Assembly (NCBI GenBank): GCA_964610995.1 | Contig: CAZSWF010000001.1 | Location: forward strand, 2,813 to 66,812 | Direction of reading: 5' to 3' | Origin: an uncultured Candidatus Saccharibacteria bacterium | GTDB lineage: Bacteria > Patescibacteriota > Minisyncoccia > Phycocordibacterales > UBA9973 | Length of the DNA: 64,000 nt | In this document: positions 1 through 12,377 of the stretch, piece by piece | How positions within the stretch are numbered: the stretch's first letter is position 1 | How the letters are laid out: each line of letters opens with the position of its first letter | Notes under the pieces: generated by a model | Told to the model about the DNA's origin: nothing | Seen by the model: only the letters and a program-made list of their open reading frames with translations | The model's database searches: none | Translations under genes and position numbers: made by a program

Positions 1-347
1 AGCACGTATCGAGCAAAAGGGTGTGTCGACGATAATGGTTGTATCGTAAACCCGTACGCTATGAATGATAATGAACGTGTTGTTGCATGCGGAACTGATT
101 GTCCCAATATTATCTATTTCCCTACGGCAGGATTTTATGGATACGAAACATCGGGTGGTAATTATTTTGATCCATTCAATATAGATACTCAGCCATATCC
201 AACATCATTTGTACGAACTATTACCATACGCGAGACGACCAATACTTCTGAGCCCCAACTCATCGTCACCGCTACAATGGAGTGGCTCAACGGTACCAAC
301 CGCAAATCTGCAACACAAAGTATTATCCTAACCAAATGGAACCTCCT

Positions 348-351
<4 letters not shown>
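1..351 (+). CDS. Hypothetical protein, 5'-truncated at window edge (frame open from nt 1); stop overlaps start of next gene (ATGA)
   Basis: Frame 1 open from position 1 to TGA at 349-351; 4-nt ATGA overlap with downstream pilin-like gene suggests operon. Confidence 0.4.
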
Positions 352-2832
<2,481 letters not shown>

Positions 2833-2884
2833 ACCAGTCAATACCATCCCCAAAACCCCCTTATTCTGCTATAGTTATCTCACT

Positions 2885-3160
2885 ATGGATATCGATCAGG
2901 TAAAGAAGTTGGCGCAGTTGGCGCGTCTGGATGTACCAGAGGCAGAGCTTGCACGCGTGGCGGCAGATATGGGAACCATCCTCGGTTTTGTGGACGAAAT
3001 ACAAAACGTACAAATCGAAGCGAGTGATGTATCAAGTGGTGATGTGAACGTGTTTCGTGATGATGCAGTCGCACCAATCACACCCGCGCACGACCTCGTC
3101 GAGGCGGCAGTATTGCACCACGATCATTTTATAAAAGTGCCCAAGGTTATCGGAGATTAA
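2885..3160 (+). CDS. gatC: Glu-tRNA(Gln)/Asp-tRNA(Asn) amidotransferase subunit C
   Basis: 91 aa; typical GatC N-terminus (IDQVKKLAQLARLDVPEAEL); immediately upstream of gatA. Confidence 0.88.
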   Translation: MDIDQVKKLAQLARLDVPEAELARVAADMGTILGFVDEIQNVQIEASDVSSGDVNVFRDDAVAPITPAHDLVEAAVLHHDHFIKVPKVIGD

Positions 3161-3161
3161 T

Positions 3162-4544
3162 ATGGAAAAGATATCTGACATCCAAAAGAGAGTACAAGGA
3201 GGTGAACGCATTCTCGACATTGCTCGTGAGTACGAAGCCAAGGCTCGTGCAGACACACGAAATATATTTCGCGAAGTATTTGATGATATCGAAACTCAAG
3301 CCCAAGCTGCAGAAGAAATGCTTAAAAGTGGAAAGGCTACACCGATCACTGGCGTACCGATCGCGATCAAAGATAATATATTGTTTGCCGGACACGCAGC
3401 TGGTGCCTCATCGAAAATCCTCGAAGGATATACCGCAAGTTACGATGCTACTGTAGTTGCGAAGCTTCGCGCAGCAGGAGCTATCATCATTGGCCGCACC
3501 AACATGGACGAGTTTGCGATGGGTTCTAGTACCGAGAACTCTGCATATAGCGTGACGAAAAACCCGATCGATGAAACCAAGGTTCCTGGAGGATCATCAG
3601 GAGGATCGGCAGCTGCAGTTGCAGCAGGGCTCGCAGTCGTGTCGCTCGGGTCTGACACTGGAGGAAGTATCAGACAGCCAGCCGCATTTTGTGGAGTGGT
3701 CGGTATACTGCCGACCTATGGCACCGTGTCACGACATGGACTGATGGCGATGGGCTCGTCGCTCGATGTGATTGGTCCGTTTGCACACACGACGGCAGAT
3801 GCACAGATCGTGTACGATATTATCAATGGTAAAGATCAGTATGACAGTACGTCTGTAGAGAATGGTGTATCAAAACCTCTTACCAAGAAACTTGCTGTAC
3901 CCAAAGGAATATTTGATGCAGGAGGAGTAGATAGTGAAGTCAAGCACAACTTTGAGGAAATGATAGAGAAGCTCAAGGTCGAGGGGTATACCGTCGACGA
4001 AATAGATCTGCCTCATTTCAAAAATGCACTTGCGGTCTACTACATACTCATGCCGGCAGAAGTGTCGTCGAACCTCGCACGGTTTGATGGTGTGCGCTAT
4101 GGTCCGAGAGTCGAAGGTGGCAAGATCCAAGACCTGTACACCGCAACTCGAGGGACGCTGTTTGGGGAGGAAGTCCGTCGTCGCATACTGCTCGGTACGT
4201 ACGTGCTCTCACATGGCTACTACGATGCGTACTACAACAAAGCGATAGCGGTGCGTCATGTGATCAAGCGCGAGCTTGCAGATGCATTTACTACCTACGA
4301 TGCGATCCTCACTCCTACCACACCATCCCCTGCATTTGGTATCGGAGACAAGGTCGCGGATCCTATCGCAATGTACCTCTCTGATCTGTACACCGTGCCT
4401 GCCAACATTGCCCATGTACCGGCTATTTCTATACCCAGTGGTACGACGAGTGGTGGATTGCCGATAGGTATACAAGTCATCGGTGCACCCCATGCCGAAG
4501 GTACACTCTTTGCACTCGGTGAGACACTCGAGCGAATCCGCTAA
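3162..4544 (+). CDS. gatA: Glu-tRNA(Gln) amidotransferase subunit A (amidase family)
   Basis: Amidase signature GGSSGGSAAAVAAG, Ser-cisSer-Lys triad context; 460 aa. Confidence 0.95.
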   Translation: MEKISDIQKRVQGGERILDIAREYEAKARADTRNIFREVFDDIETQAQAAEEMLKSGKATPITGVPIAIKDNILFAGHAAGASSKILEGYTASYDATVVAKLRAAGAIIIGRTNMDEFAMGSSTENSAYSVTKNPIDETKVPGGSSGGSAAAVAAGLAVVSLGSDTGGSIRQPAAFCGVVGILPTYGTVSRHGLMAMGSSLDVIGPFAHTTADAQIVYDIINGKDQYDSTSVENGVSKPLTKKLAVPKGIFDAGGVDSEVKHNFEEMIEKLKVEGYTVDEIDLPHFKNALAVYYILMPAEVSSNLARFDGVRYGPRVEGGKIQDLYTATRGTLFGEEVRRRILLGTYVLSHGYYDAYYNKAIAVRHVIKRELADAFTTYDAILTPTTPSPAFGIGDKVADPIAMYLSDLYTVPANIAHVPAISIPSGTTSGGLPIGIQVIGAPHAEGTLFALGETLERIR

Positions 4545-4562
4545 ATATGCGATACTAGTACT

Positions 4563-5201
4563 ATGCAATCAAACGTACCAGAGCCCATATTTCTCAACGT
4601 TGAGTATATCTTTTCGTGGTTGTGGGGACACATCTTTGGGCCACTGTTTTCACAGAACACAATTGCGTTCTTGCAGTTCTTGCTCTCGATACTGATCATC
4701 ATTGGTATCACGATCATTTTGTATAGTCTGGTACGCATCCATGAAATGAAGCAAGACGATGAACGCAAGGCTGCAAAAGCCAAAAAAGAAGCAACCCCCG
4801 CAGCAGCTCCTGCGCAAAGTACACGCAGCGGTATGGATCTACCTGGTGCAACCAGTGCGATAAGTGAATCACAGACGATCCCTCGCAACGAAACATGGGA
4901 ACATATTCGCAGCAAGCTCCTCTCTGAGAGTCAGAGTGACTGGCGACTTGCTATCATAGAAGCCGATATATACCTGGATCGCGTGCTCGATACTCGTGGA
5001 GTACCAGGAGACACGCTGGGCGACAAACTCAAAAATGTATCTCCCGAAATACTGCCATCGGTGCAAATAGCCTGGGAAGCACACAAGGTGCGCAACCGTA
5101 TCGCGCACGACGGCGCAGACTTTGCACTCACGATGCCCGAAGCTCGGCGGGTATTGTCGTATTTTGAGATAGTATTTCGAGATTTGCGCGTCATCGAGTA
5201 A
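4563..5201 (+). CDS. Membrane-anchored protein with C-terminal HEPN-like domain (Rx4H motif: KVRNRIAHDG)
   Basis: N-terminal 2 TM helices, Lys/Ala-rich linker, C-terminal alpha-helical region with R-N-R-I-A-H, which resembles the HepT/HEPN Rx4-6H catalytic motif. Confidence 0.5.
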   Translation: MQSNVPEPIFLNVEYIFSWLWGHIFGPLFSQNTIAFLQFLLSILIIIGITIILYSLVRIHEMKQDDERKAAKAKKEATPAAAPAQSTRSGMDLPGATSAISESQTIPRNETWEHIRSKLLSESQSDWRLAIIEADIYLDRVLDTRGVPGDTLGDKLKNVSPEILPSVQIAWEAHKVRNRIAHDGADFALTMPEARRVLSYFEIVFRDLRVIE

Positions 5202-5251
5202 CTTGCGCTTGTCAGTGTCGTCTTGTATGATGTGCATCTGTACGCATATAT

Positions 5252-5325
5252 CGCGGGGTAGAGAAGAGGTATCTCGTAAGGCTCATAACCTTAAGACCCA
5301 CGTTCGATTCGTGGCCCCGCAACAA
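5252..5325 (+). tRNA. Initiator tRNA-fMet (anticodon CAT)
   Basis: CGCGGGG...CTCATAA...CCCCGCA with C1.A72 mismatch and three G-C pairs in the anticodon stem, typical of bacterial initiator tRNA. Confidence 0.8.
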
Positions 5326-5333
5326 TCAAGCAA

Positions 5334-5360
5334 AAATCCCTATATAACATAGGGATTTTT
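5334..5360. terminator. Bidirectional rho-independent terminator hairpin (aaaaATCCCTAT-ataac-ATAGGGATtttt)
   Basis: Perfect 8-bp stem flanked by an A-tract and a T-tract, between convergent tRNA genes. Confidence 0.55.
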
Positions 5361-5379
5361 GCTATTGTGGCCAGGATAA

Positions 5380-5456
5380 TGGCGCGAACGACGGGACTTG
5401 AACCCGCAACCTCCCGCGTGACAGGCGGGTGCTCTAACCAGTTGAGCTACGTCCGC
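5380..5456 (-). tRNA. tRNA-Asp (anticodon GTC)
   Basis: Reverse complement gives GCGGACGTAGCTCAACTGGTTAGAGC...CCTGTCACGCGGG...GGTTCAAGTCCCGTCGTTCGCGCCA with encoded CCA. Confidence 0.85.
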
Positions 5457-5482
5457 AAATTGTTAACAAAGCCTTTCGGCCG

Positions 5483-5558
5483 GGTGTCGACGGGTGGGCA
5501 CGATCCACCGACCTTAGCGTTATGAATGCTACGCTCTAACCAGCTGAGCTACGCCGAC
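5483..5558 (-). tRNA. tRNA with CAT anticodon (elongator Met or Ile2/lysidine) with atypical T-loop (ATCGTGC)
   Basis: Reverse complement: GTCGGCG-TA-GCTCAGCTGGTTAGAGC-G-TAGCA-TTCATAA-CGCTA-AGGTC-GGTGG-ATCGTGC-CCACC-CGTCGAC-A; cloverleaf folds but T54 is A and 31:39 is A.C. Confidence 0.55.
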
Positions 5559-5631
5559 AAGCTTGCAACGACAGGGCTCAAAAAATATAGCATATATCCA
5601 CAAAAATTCAACACATGGTATACTGTCCGTA

Positions 5632-6489
5632 ATGAAAAAGTATGGTCTAATCGTAGCACTCATAGTACTCCTAGCCCCCGTAGCGAGCTTTGCTGCACCC
5701 CTTGCTCCTGCGCCAACGCTCAGTGCAAAAGGAGTAGCGGTCTATGGGTGGAACAAAGGCGACACAGAGCCGACACCGCTGTATCTGAAAAATGAACATC
5801 GCCTCTATCCGATCGCAAGTTTGACCAAGCTCGTCACTGCCAAGGTCGCTGAAGAACTCTATGACAAAGAGACAATATTTACGATCTCTAAAAAGGCGGT
5901 ATCAACATATGGTGTCACCAACGGTATTCAGGTAGGTGCGCAGTTTACCCGGGACGACTTACTCAAAGCGCTTCTTGTTAACTCAAGTAATGATGCTGCC
6001 ACCGCTCTTATGGAGCGAGTCGGAACAAAAACGTTTCTTGAAAAAATGAATGACGTTCTACATACGAACAAATACACCGCAACATCGTTCGTCAACCCTT
6101 CTGGGCTTGATCCGGTAAATAAAAATACTAAGCCAAATCGTATGACGCCATACCATCTGACGAGACTACTCAACGATATTTATCAATCAGACCCACTACT
6201 TGCTGACCTCATGTCCAAAGATGTGGTTGAGATCACCAATCTCAAGACCAACACTATGGCTCTTTTGAAGCAGACCAACATTCTTTATCGAGATGAAGAT
6301 TACAAAGACAAGATCATCATGAGTAAAACAGGGCTGACCAACCTTGCAGGACAAAACGTTGCATTTATTTCTCCGGGAAATGATGAGTATGAGTACGTAT
6401 CGGTAGTTATCCTCGGCTCAAAGAGTAGGGCAGTAGACTCACGTAAACTCATCGACTGGATTGGCAGCGCACAGAACTTTGGCGGATAG
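5632..6489 (+). CDS. D-alanyl-D-alanine carboxypeptidase (peptidase S11 / PBP5-like), secreted
   Basis: Signal peptide MKKYGLIVALIVLLAPVASFA; SxxK (ASLTKL), SxN (SSN), KTG (SKTGLT) motifs. Start moved to 5632 because upstream ORF part overlaps the tRNA. Confidence 0.8.
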   Translation: MKKYGLIVALIVLLAPVASFAAPLAPAPTLSAKGVAVYGWNKGDTEPTPLYLKNEHRLYPIASLTKLVTAKVAEELYDKETIFTISKKAVSTYGVTNGIQVGAQFTRDDLLKALLVNSSNDAATALMERVGTKTFLEKMNDVLHTNKYTATSFVNPSGLDPVNKNTKPNRMTPYHLTRLLNDIYQSDPLLADLMSKDVVEITNLKTNTMALLKQTNILYRDEDYKDKIIMSKTGLTNLAGQNVAFISPGNDEYEYVSVVILGSKSRAVDSRKLIDWIGSAQNFGG

Positions 6490-6492
6490 CGT

Positions 6493-6521
6493 TTGACATA
6501 TAATACAAAGGATGTTATCAT
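6493..6521 (+). promoter_or_regulatory. Sigma70-like promoter candidate (TTGACA-17-TATCAT) upstream of DEAD-box helicase
   Basis: Consensus -35 TTGACA at 6493-6498, 17-nt spacer, -10 TATCAT at 6516-6521. Confidence 0.4.
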
Positions 6522-6595
6522 AGCTTATTATTCAATTGTGTTATAGGACTTCTAGGTCTGGATGACACAGAAGAAGTAATATACATAACACAATA

Positions 6596-7972
6596 ATGAC
6601 TACATCACACTCACGTCCCGCAAGCGGACGTACCGTTACTCGTCGTCCAGGCGCAAGCTCTGCACGACCATTTACCAAGCGACCCGCTCGAAGCGGAGGA
6701 TTTTCGTCTGGCGGCATCATCACCTCTATAGGTTCTGGTACTCGCTACGAAGGCAAACGACCAAGCTACCCAGGCGCAAGCTTTGGGGGTGGTAGTATGC
6801 GCAGCCGTCCGAGCTTTGGCACACGTGGCCGACCGACTGGAGGCAACCGCCGTGGTCCAAAACGAGGCGACTTCATTGATGAAAATAAATTCATCAACAA
6901 AGCAACTGTCGAAACTCAAGAAGTTGTGTACAACCCAACACACACATTTGCTGATTTCAATATTCACGACACACTCGGTAAGAATCTTTTGAAAAAAGGA
7001 TTTGTTCACCCATCTCCTATTCAGGATCAGGCGATCCCAGTACTTCTTGAAGGCAAGGACCTCATTGGTATTGCAGCAACAGGGACAGGGAAAACTGCTG
7101 CGTTTTTGATCCCGATCATCAACAAGTTTGTCGACGATCGCATGCACCAGGCACTCGTACTTGCTCCTACACGAGAGCTCGCACAGCAGATCGAAGAAGA
7201 GTTCCGTGTGTTTACTGTCGGAATGAAACTATTTTCAGTATCAGTAGTCGGTGGTCTCCCTATTACAAAACAGATTCGTGAGATCGAGCACGGTGTACAC
7301 ATCGTGATCGGTACTCCAGGTCGTGTCAAAGACCTGATCGAACGAGGTAAGCTTAAAATGGCAGACTTCAACACCGTCGTACTCGACGAAGCAGATCGCA
7401 TGCTCGACATGGGATTTATCGATGACATGCGCGAGATCCTCGGCGCAATGCCCAACCACAAGCAGGGTATGTTCTTCTCAGCGACATTCTCACCAGAGAT
7501 CAAGCGTCTCTGTAGCGACTTCCTTCGCGATCCAGTTACTATCTCGCTCAAAACTCGCGACACCTCAGCAAGCGTAGATCAAGACATCGTTCGTGTACCA
7601 CATGGCGCAGAAAAGATCGAAGTACTCCACGACCTTCTCAATAAAGAAGAGTTTAAAAAGGTACTCATTTTCCGAGAAACCAAGCGCAATACCGACGAGC
7701 TCGCACGTGAACTTAAAAAGCGTGGCTTTGCAGCGATGCCGCTCCACGGTGACATGCGTTCTCGTGAGCGTATGCGTACGGTAGAGTCATTTGCCAAAGG
7801 TATGACCACAGTGGTGGTAGCGACAGACGTCGCCGCACGCGGTATCGACATCCCCGACATCACACACGTGATCAACTACGATGTACCATCGACCTACGAC
7901 ACCTACGTACACCGCATCGGTCGTACTGGCCGCGGCAACAAAAAGGGTATCGCACTCACCTTTGTTCGATAA
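6596..7972 (+). CDS. DEAD-box ATP-dependent RNA helicase with N-terminal Arg/Gly/Ser-rich extension
   Basis: Q-motif, motif I AATGTGKTAAF, motif II VLDEADRML (DEAD), SAT, HRIGRTGR; ~110 aa RG-rich low-complexity N-terminus. Confidence 0.92.
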   Translation: MTTSHSRPASGRTVTRRPGASSARPFTKRPARSGGFSSGGIITSIGSGTRYEGKRPSYPGASFGGGSMRSRPSFGTRGRPTGGNRRGPKRGDFIDENKFINKATVETQEVVYNPTHTFADFNIHDTLGKNLLKKGFVHPSPIQDQAIPVLLEGKDLIGIAATGTGKTAAFLIPIINKFVDDRMHQALVLAPTRELAQQIEEEFRVFTVGMKLFSVSVVGGLPITKQIREIEHGVHIVIGTPGRVKDLIERGKLKMADFNTVVLDEADRMLDMGFIDDMREILGAMPNHKQGMFFSATFSPEIKRLCSDFLRDPVTISLKTRDTSASVDQDIVRVPHGAEKIEVLHDLLNKEEFKKVLIFRETKRNTDELARELKKRGFAAMPLHGDMRSRERMRTVESFAKGMTTVVVATDVAARGIDIPDITHVINYDVPSTYDTYVHRIGRTGRGNKKGIALTFVR

Positions 7973-8007
7973 TTGAAAAAATACGTTTTTGTGATATCGT
8001 TTATGAG

Positions 8008-8083
8008 ACTTTATCCGTTGAAAAGACCTGTTTGATTAATTGCGATCATTCTAAAAACAGGTCGTACGGATAAAGTTCTTTTT
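8008..8083 (+). terminator. Large compound hairpin plus T-tract (terminator of helicase gene), abutting tRNA-Thr
   Basis: ACTTTATCCGT...GACCTGTTT / AAAAACAGGTC...ACGGATAAAGT two-tier inverted repeat followed by TTCTTTTT. Confidence 0.5.
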
Positions 8084-8159
8084 GCCGTTATAGCTCAGCT
8101 GGTAGAGCACTCCATTGGTAATGGGGAGGTCATCGGTTCAAACCCGATTAACGGCTCCC
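8084..8159 (+). tRNA. tRNA-Thr (anticodon GGT)
   Basis: GCCGTTATAGCTCAGCTGGTAGAGCACTCCATTGGTAATGGGGAGGTCATCGGTTCAAACCCGATTAACGGCT. Confidence 0.85.
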
Positions 8160-8175
8160 AAAACGTATCTATACC

Positions 8176-8204
8176 TTGACTTTGGCTCAATTCACGATAG
8201 AATT
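8176..8204 (+). promoter_or_regulatory. Sigma70-like promoter (TTGACT-17-TAGAAT)
   Basis: -35 TTGACT 8176-8181, 17-nt spacer, -10 TAGAAT 8199-8204. The TTG is what the ORF track used as a start codon. Confidence 0.45.
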
Positions 8205-8241
8205 AAGAAAATTTTTCACACAAACCAATACTCTAAAAGCT

Positions 8242-8448
8242 ATGAATGTGTATTCAGGATTAAAAAGCACTGCTTCAAATCGCCATCTGGATGGATGGCA
8301 AAACCTAATCACCGCTCAAGAAACCGGTAAAAAAGTAGGAAAAAAATTGCGCCAAAATGCCGATGTTGAGCTTGACGATGAACTCGATGAAGAACCAAAA
8401 GATGTTTTCAAAGAAAATGCTGAGTTCTTTCAATCATCAGATGATTAA
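8242..8448 (+). CDS. Small hypothetical protein (68 aa) with acidic C-terminus
   Basis: ATG at 8242 downstream of predicted promoter; followed by a terminator; no recognisable domain. Confidence 0.4.
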   Translation: MNVYSGLKSTASNRHLDGWQNLITAQETGKKVGKKLRQNADVELDDELDEEPKDVFKENAEFFQSSDD

Positions 8449-8458
8449 ATTATTACAC

Positions 8459-8497
8459 AAAAGGGCCAGCTCTCTCATGAGTCTGGCCTTTGTTATT
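8459..8497 (+). terminator. Rho-independent terminator (AAGGGCCAG...CTGGCCTTTG + T-rich)
   Basis: GC-rich hairpin followed by TTGTTATT. Confidence 0.55.
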
Positions 8498-8575
8498 ATC
8501 ACTTTTCATGCTATAGTATGGCACTTCTGAGTACCCGGAAACGGGACTTTTAATTTATATAATTTAAGGACATTT

Positions 8576-10381
8576 ATGGAAATACGAAACATTGCAATCA
8601 TCGCACACGTGGACCACGGCAAGACAACACTGACTGACAAAATGCTCTCATTTTGCGGTATTGTGCTTGATGGTGCATCTATGGACTCCAACGCCATCGA
8701 ACAAGAGCGTGGGATCACTATCTATGCCAAGAACACGGCAGTCATGTACAAAGGTACCAAGATCAACATCGTGGATACTCCAGGTCACGCCGACTTTGGA
8801 TCAGAAGTTGAACGCGTGCTTCGAAGTATCGACTCAGTGCTCTTGATCGTGGACGCCCAAGAAGGTCCTATGCCACAAACTCGTTTCGTATTGAAGAAGT
8901 CTCTCGAACTCGGCCTCAAGCCAATCGTCGTGATCAATAAAATCGACAAGCCAGGGTCAGATTGTGCGCATACACACGATGCAGTATTTGAACTCTTTAT
9001 GGAGCTCGGAGCATCTGATGAGCAGCTCGACTTTACCACCGTGTACGCAATCGGGCGTGATGGTGTTGCCATGCGCAATGAAAACGATGAACGCAAAGAT
9101 CTCGAACCATTGTTTGAAACGATTATCGAAAAAGTGCCAGTCGCACTCAACGACACTACCAAGCAGTTTCGTATGCAGGCATTCAACCTCGCGTACGACA
9201 ACTTCCTCGGACGTCTCGCGGCAGGTCGCGTGTACGAAGGTGTCGCAAAAGCTGGTGACACGGTGTACATTCGCAGTGGTGATGGTGCAGCCCGTACTGC
9301 GCGTATTGTAAAACTCTTTACATTTATGGGAATGAAGCGTGAAGAAGTAACCGAAGCAGTGGCAGGAGATATCGTCATGATCGCAGGTATCCCTGACATT
9401 TTCATCGGAGAAACTATTAGTACCAACAAAGAAGCAGAATTGCTCCCCGCTATCACAATTGATGAACCTACTATCGTGCTTGATTTCTTGGTCAACAACT
9501 CACCATTTGCCGGCAAGGAAGGTAAGTTTGTGACCTCTCGCCAGATTCGTGAACGCCTCGAACGTGAGCTTGAGACCAACGTTGGACTGAAAGTAAATTT
9601 TGACGCGAACCCTGATCGTATCGCCGAAGGCTTCACTGTCTACGGTCGCGGAGAAATGCACATTGCAGTATTGCTCGAAAACATGCGCCGTGAAGGATAT
9701 GAAATCCAGGTCTCACAGCCACAAGTTATTATCAAAGAAATCGATGGTGTGAAAAGTGAACCATTTGAAGAAGTCACAATCGATGCACCCGCAGAACACC
9801 AAGGTGTCATCATCGAAAAGCTCGGCATGCGAGGATTTATCATGGGTGATATGAACCTCAAGAACAACACCGTGCGCATGGTATTCACTGGCCCAACTCG
9901 TGGACTCCTCGGATACCGCAACCAGTTCCTCGTGGATACCAAAGGTGAAGGTATCATGAGTGCGCGTGTACTCGGCTTCCGTCCATACGCAGGAGAGATC
10001 ACTCGTCGTCAGGTGGGCTCTATGATCTCTATGGAAAGTGGCAAAGCACTCGCATTTGCGCTCTGGGGTCTCCAGGATCGCGGTACGCTCTACATTGGTC
10101 CTCAGACCGAAGTCTATGAAGGTATGGTGATCGGCAACACTTCTAAAGGTGAAGAAATGAAAGTGAACCCTACCAAGGGCAAGCAACTCACCAACATGCG
10201 CGCATCAGGAACTGACGAAGCAGTCACTATCATTCCACCATGGACGATGACTATCGAACGTGGACTTGAAGTAATGGTAGATGATGAATTCCTCGAAGTC
10301 ACACCACTCTCTGTGCGTCTGCGCAAGCAATACCTCAACGATGCAGATCGAGTAAAGGCTCGACGTCCAAAGAATCAATAA
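8576..10381 (+). CDS. typA: Translational GTPase TypA/BipA
   Basis: [11 protein letters not shown]1, DTPGHADF G3, NKID G4, EF-G-like domains, 601 aa. Confidence 0.95.
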   Translation: MEIRNIAIIAHVDHGKTTLTDKMLSFCGIVLDGASMDSNAIEQERGITIYAKNTAVMYKGTKINIVDTPGHADFGSEVERVLRSIDSVLLIVDAQEGPMPQTRFVLKKSLELGLKPIVVINKIDKPGSDCAHTHDAVFELFMELGASDEQLDFTTVYAIGRDGVAMRNENDERKDLEPLFETIIEKVPVALNDTTKQFRMQAFNLAYDNFLGRLAAGRVYEGVAKAGDTVYIRSGDGAARTARIVKLFTFMGMKREEVTEAVAGDIVMIAGIPDIFIGETISTNKEAELLPAITIDEPTIVLDFLVNNSPFAGKEGKFVTSRQIRERLERELETNVGLKVNFDANPDRIAEGFTVYGRGEMHIAVLLENMRREGYEIQVSQPQVIIKEIDGVKSEPFEEVTIDAPAEHQGVIIEKLGMRGFIMGDMNLKNNTVRMVFTGPTRGLLGYRNQFLVDTKGEGIMSARVLGFRPYAGEITRRQVGSMISMESGKALAFALWGLQDRGTLYIGPQTEVYEGMVIGNTSKGEEMKVNPTKGKQLTNMRASGTDEAVTIIPPWTMTIERGLEVMVDDEFLEVTPLSVRLRKQYLNDADRVKARRPKNQ

Positions 10382-11088
10382 TGAACGAAAAACGACTCAA
10401 AGAATTTTGGGATAAGGAATATAAGGATCCGGGGATGTTTGCGCTCTCGGATGAAGTCTCGACAGACCTTGTCAAATGTGTCCGATGGATGATGAAGGAA
10501 TACGGCAAGGATGTATTTCGTCCTGATGTCACCGTGCTTGATGCAGGTTGTGGCAACGGTCGCAACTTGCTGTGGCTCAACGACATGTTTCGAGTCTATG
10601 GGTACGGCTACGACATTTCAGGCGAAGCTATTGCTCAAGCGCAAAAGCAGGCAGACAAACAGCAGTGGGGCAGTAAGCTCACATTCGCAGTACGCTCACT
10701 TGATGAGCTTATTCCACTTGAAAATGAAAGTGTCGATCTCGTGATCGATGCAATGTCGTCCCACTTTCTCAAGAATGTAGAACGCGCACGATTTATCTCA
10801 GAAGTCGCTCGCGTGTTGAAGCCGCAGGGACTTCTCTTTTTCAAATCATTTTATGCAGAGCGTGACAGTCATACCAAAGAGCTCCTCGAGAAACATGGCG
10901 CAGGTGAGGAGAACGCGTACATTCACCCCAAGCTCAAAGTGTACGAGTACGTGTGGACGGATGCAGCACTTGCAGCATCATTTGATGAGCAATTTGTGTT
11001 GATGAAGAAAGAACTCTCAGGCAAGCACCATATCAAAGGCAAGCCCGCCAAGCGTCGCTCTGTCGTGTGTTATTTTGAGAAAAAGTAG
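10381..11088 (+). CDS. Class I SAM-dependent methyltransferase
   Basis: Motif I VLDAGCGNGRN; acidic residue after beta2; start ATGA-overlaps typA stop. Confidence 0.7.
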   Translation: MNEKRLKEFWDKEYKDPGMFALSDEVSTDLVKCVRWMMKEYGKDVFRPDVTVLDAGCGNGRNLLWLNDMFRVYGYGYDISGEAIAQAQKQADKQQWGSKLTFAVRSLDELIPLENESVDLVIDAMSSHFLKNVERARFISEVARVLKPQGLLFFKSFYAERDSHTKELLEKHGAGEENAYIHPKLKVYEYVWTDAALAASFDEQFVLMKKELSGKHHIKGKPAKRRSVVCYFEKK

Positions 11089-11109
11089 GGTAGGATAGTG
11101 GGCAATAAC

Positions 11110-11185
11110 GCCACCTTAGCTCAGCTGGTAGAGCAACGGTATCGTAAACCGTAGGTCCCGAGTTCGATCCTCGGAGGTGGCTCAG
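11110..11185 (+). tRNA. tRNA-Thr (anticodon CGT)
   Basis: GCCACCTTAGCTCAGCTGGTAGAGCAACGGTATCGTAAACCGTAGGTCCCGAGTTCGATCCTCGGAGGTGGCT. Confidence 0.85.
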
Positions 11186-11210
11186 GAAATCTGGGCTATA
11201 CTATAGAGAC

Positions 11211-12377
11211 ATGCCCGCACACCACACACCAGTAGCGCCTACCGAGAGCCGGGGACTGCTTATCTATGATGCAGATCGTGAGCTCGACACCACGCACCCA
11301 CTGTGGAACGAGATCATGCTCTACGCAGAGCGTCTCGAAGAAGTGCACGTATTTATTTTTATAAAAAAGTTTCCAAGCAAGGCGGTGCGTGTTGTACATC
11401 TTAGTGCCAACACATTTGTATACTATCTACCTGGTACCTGGATACTGTTTCGCCTCGACACGATACTGCCACTGATCAAGTACAACATGATCTGGAACAA
11501 GGTCTTTCGTCCAGATTTCGTTCTCAATCACTCGACACACAGTGGTGCGATCTTGGGTCTTGCACTTGCCAAGCGCTATCGCGTGCCGTACATACTTGCA
11601 ACACTCGGCGGCTTCTTAGAAATGCCAGTACTTTCCCGTGAGTTTCTGCTGCACTATATACTCGCGCGATGCGCGCGGCTTGTGATTGTACCAGGAGACA
11701 AAGTTGCGCACGATCTCTCGACACATATTGGAGTGCGTAGTACGCGGATTGCTGTAGTACCACCTGCAGTTGATCTCTCATTTTTGGGACAAAAGGTAGA
11801 AGCGGTGAGCTTTGCGAAAAAGTATCCATTTCACAACTTCTTTCTCATCACACAGACATCGATAGGACATCGACGAGACATTGTATTTCTCATGCGAGTG
11901 TTCAGGCGAGTACTGTCCAAGTATCCCAAAACAGCGCTCGTATTTGTAGTACCTCGATCGCAGGTGGATGCCGTCTCACACATTGTGGCTGGTCGTCGTA
12001 GTACGAGTGCATATGTCTATGCTCAAGGAGATGACATCACGCAAGTCATCGCAGGTGGACATGTATACCTCTCGACTTCAGAAACACAAGAAATGGCGAT
12101 CCCAGTAGTACGCGCACTATCGTTACATATACCCGTTGTGGCGACTTCGGTGGGCATTGCCAAGGACTTGTTTACAGGGACTCGATACGCTAGATGTATG
12201 GTGCCGGTGGGAGACGAGGATGCGTATACCAAGGCGATCATTGATTTGATAGAAAACCAGCAACTGCGTGACGAATATCGACTCAACACGACCACGCTGA
12301 TTGCGACATTTACCCCTCAGACGCCATCAGGCTATGTTGCTGCGGTAGTGGCACGTGTGGTACAAGAAAAGGCGTAG
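11211..12377 (+). CDS. Glycosyltransferase, GT4-like (GT-B fold)
   Basis: C-terminal motif [28 protein letters not shown] resembles the GT4 E-x7-E / PVVAT region; N-terminal start uncertain. Confidence 0.55.
   Translation: MPAHHTPVAPTESRGLLIYDADRELDTTHPLWNEIMLYAERLEEVHVFIFIKKFPSKAVRVVHLSANTFVYYLPGTWILFRLDTILPLIKYNMIWNKVFRPDFVLNHSTHSGAILGLALAKRYRVPYILATLGGFLEMPVLSREFLLHYILARCARLVIVPGDKVAHDLSTHIGVRSTRIAVVPPAVDLSFLGQKVEAVSFAKKYPFHNFFLITQTSIGHRRDIVFLMRVFRRVLSKYPKTALVFVVPRSQVDAVSHIVAGRRSTSAYVYAQGDDITQVIAGGHVYLSTSETQEMAIPVVRALSLHIPVVATSVGIAKDLFTGTRYARCMVPVGDEDAYTKAIIDLIENQQLRDEYRLNTTTLIATFTPQTPSGYVAAVVARVVQEKA

Noticed and set aside
5526-5631. ORFs 5526-5795 and the first 23 codons of 5563-6489 overlapping the minus-strand CAT tRNA
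   Set aside because: Overlap a well-folded tRNA; carboxypeptidase has a proper signal peptide starting at 5632.
8115-8330. 71-aa ORF overlapping tRNA-Thr(GGT), and the TTG 'start' at 8176
   Set aside because: Overlaps the tRNA; the TTG is the -35 hexamer of a promoter, and the true start is more plausibly ATG 8242.
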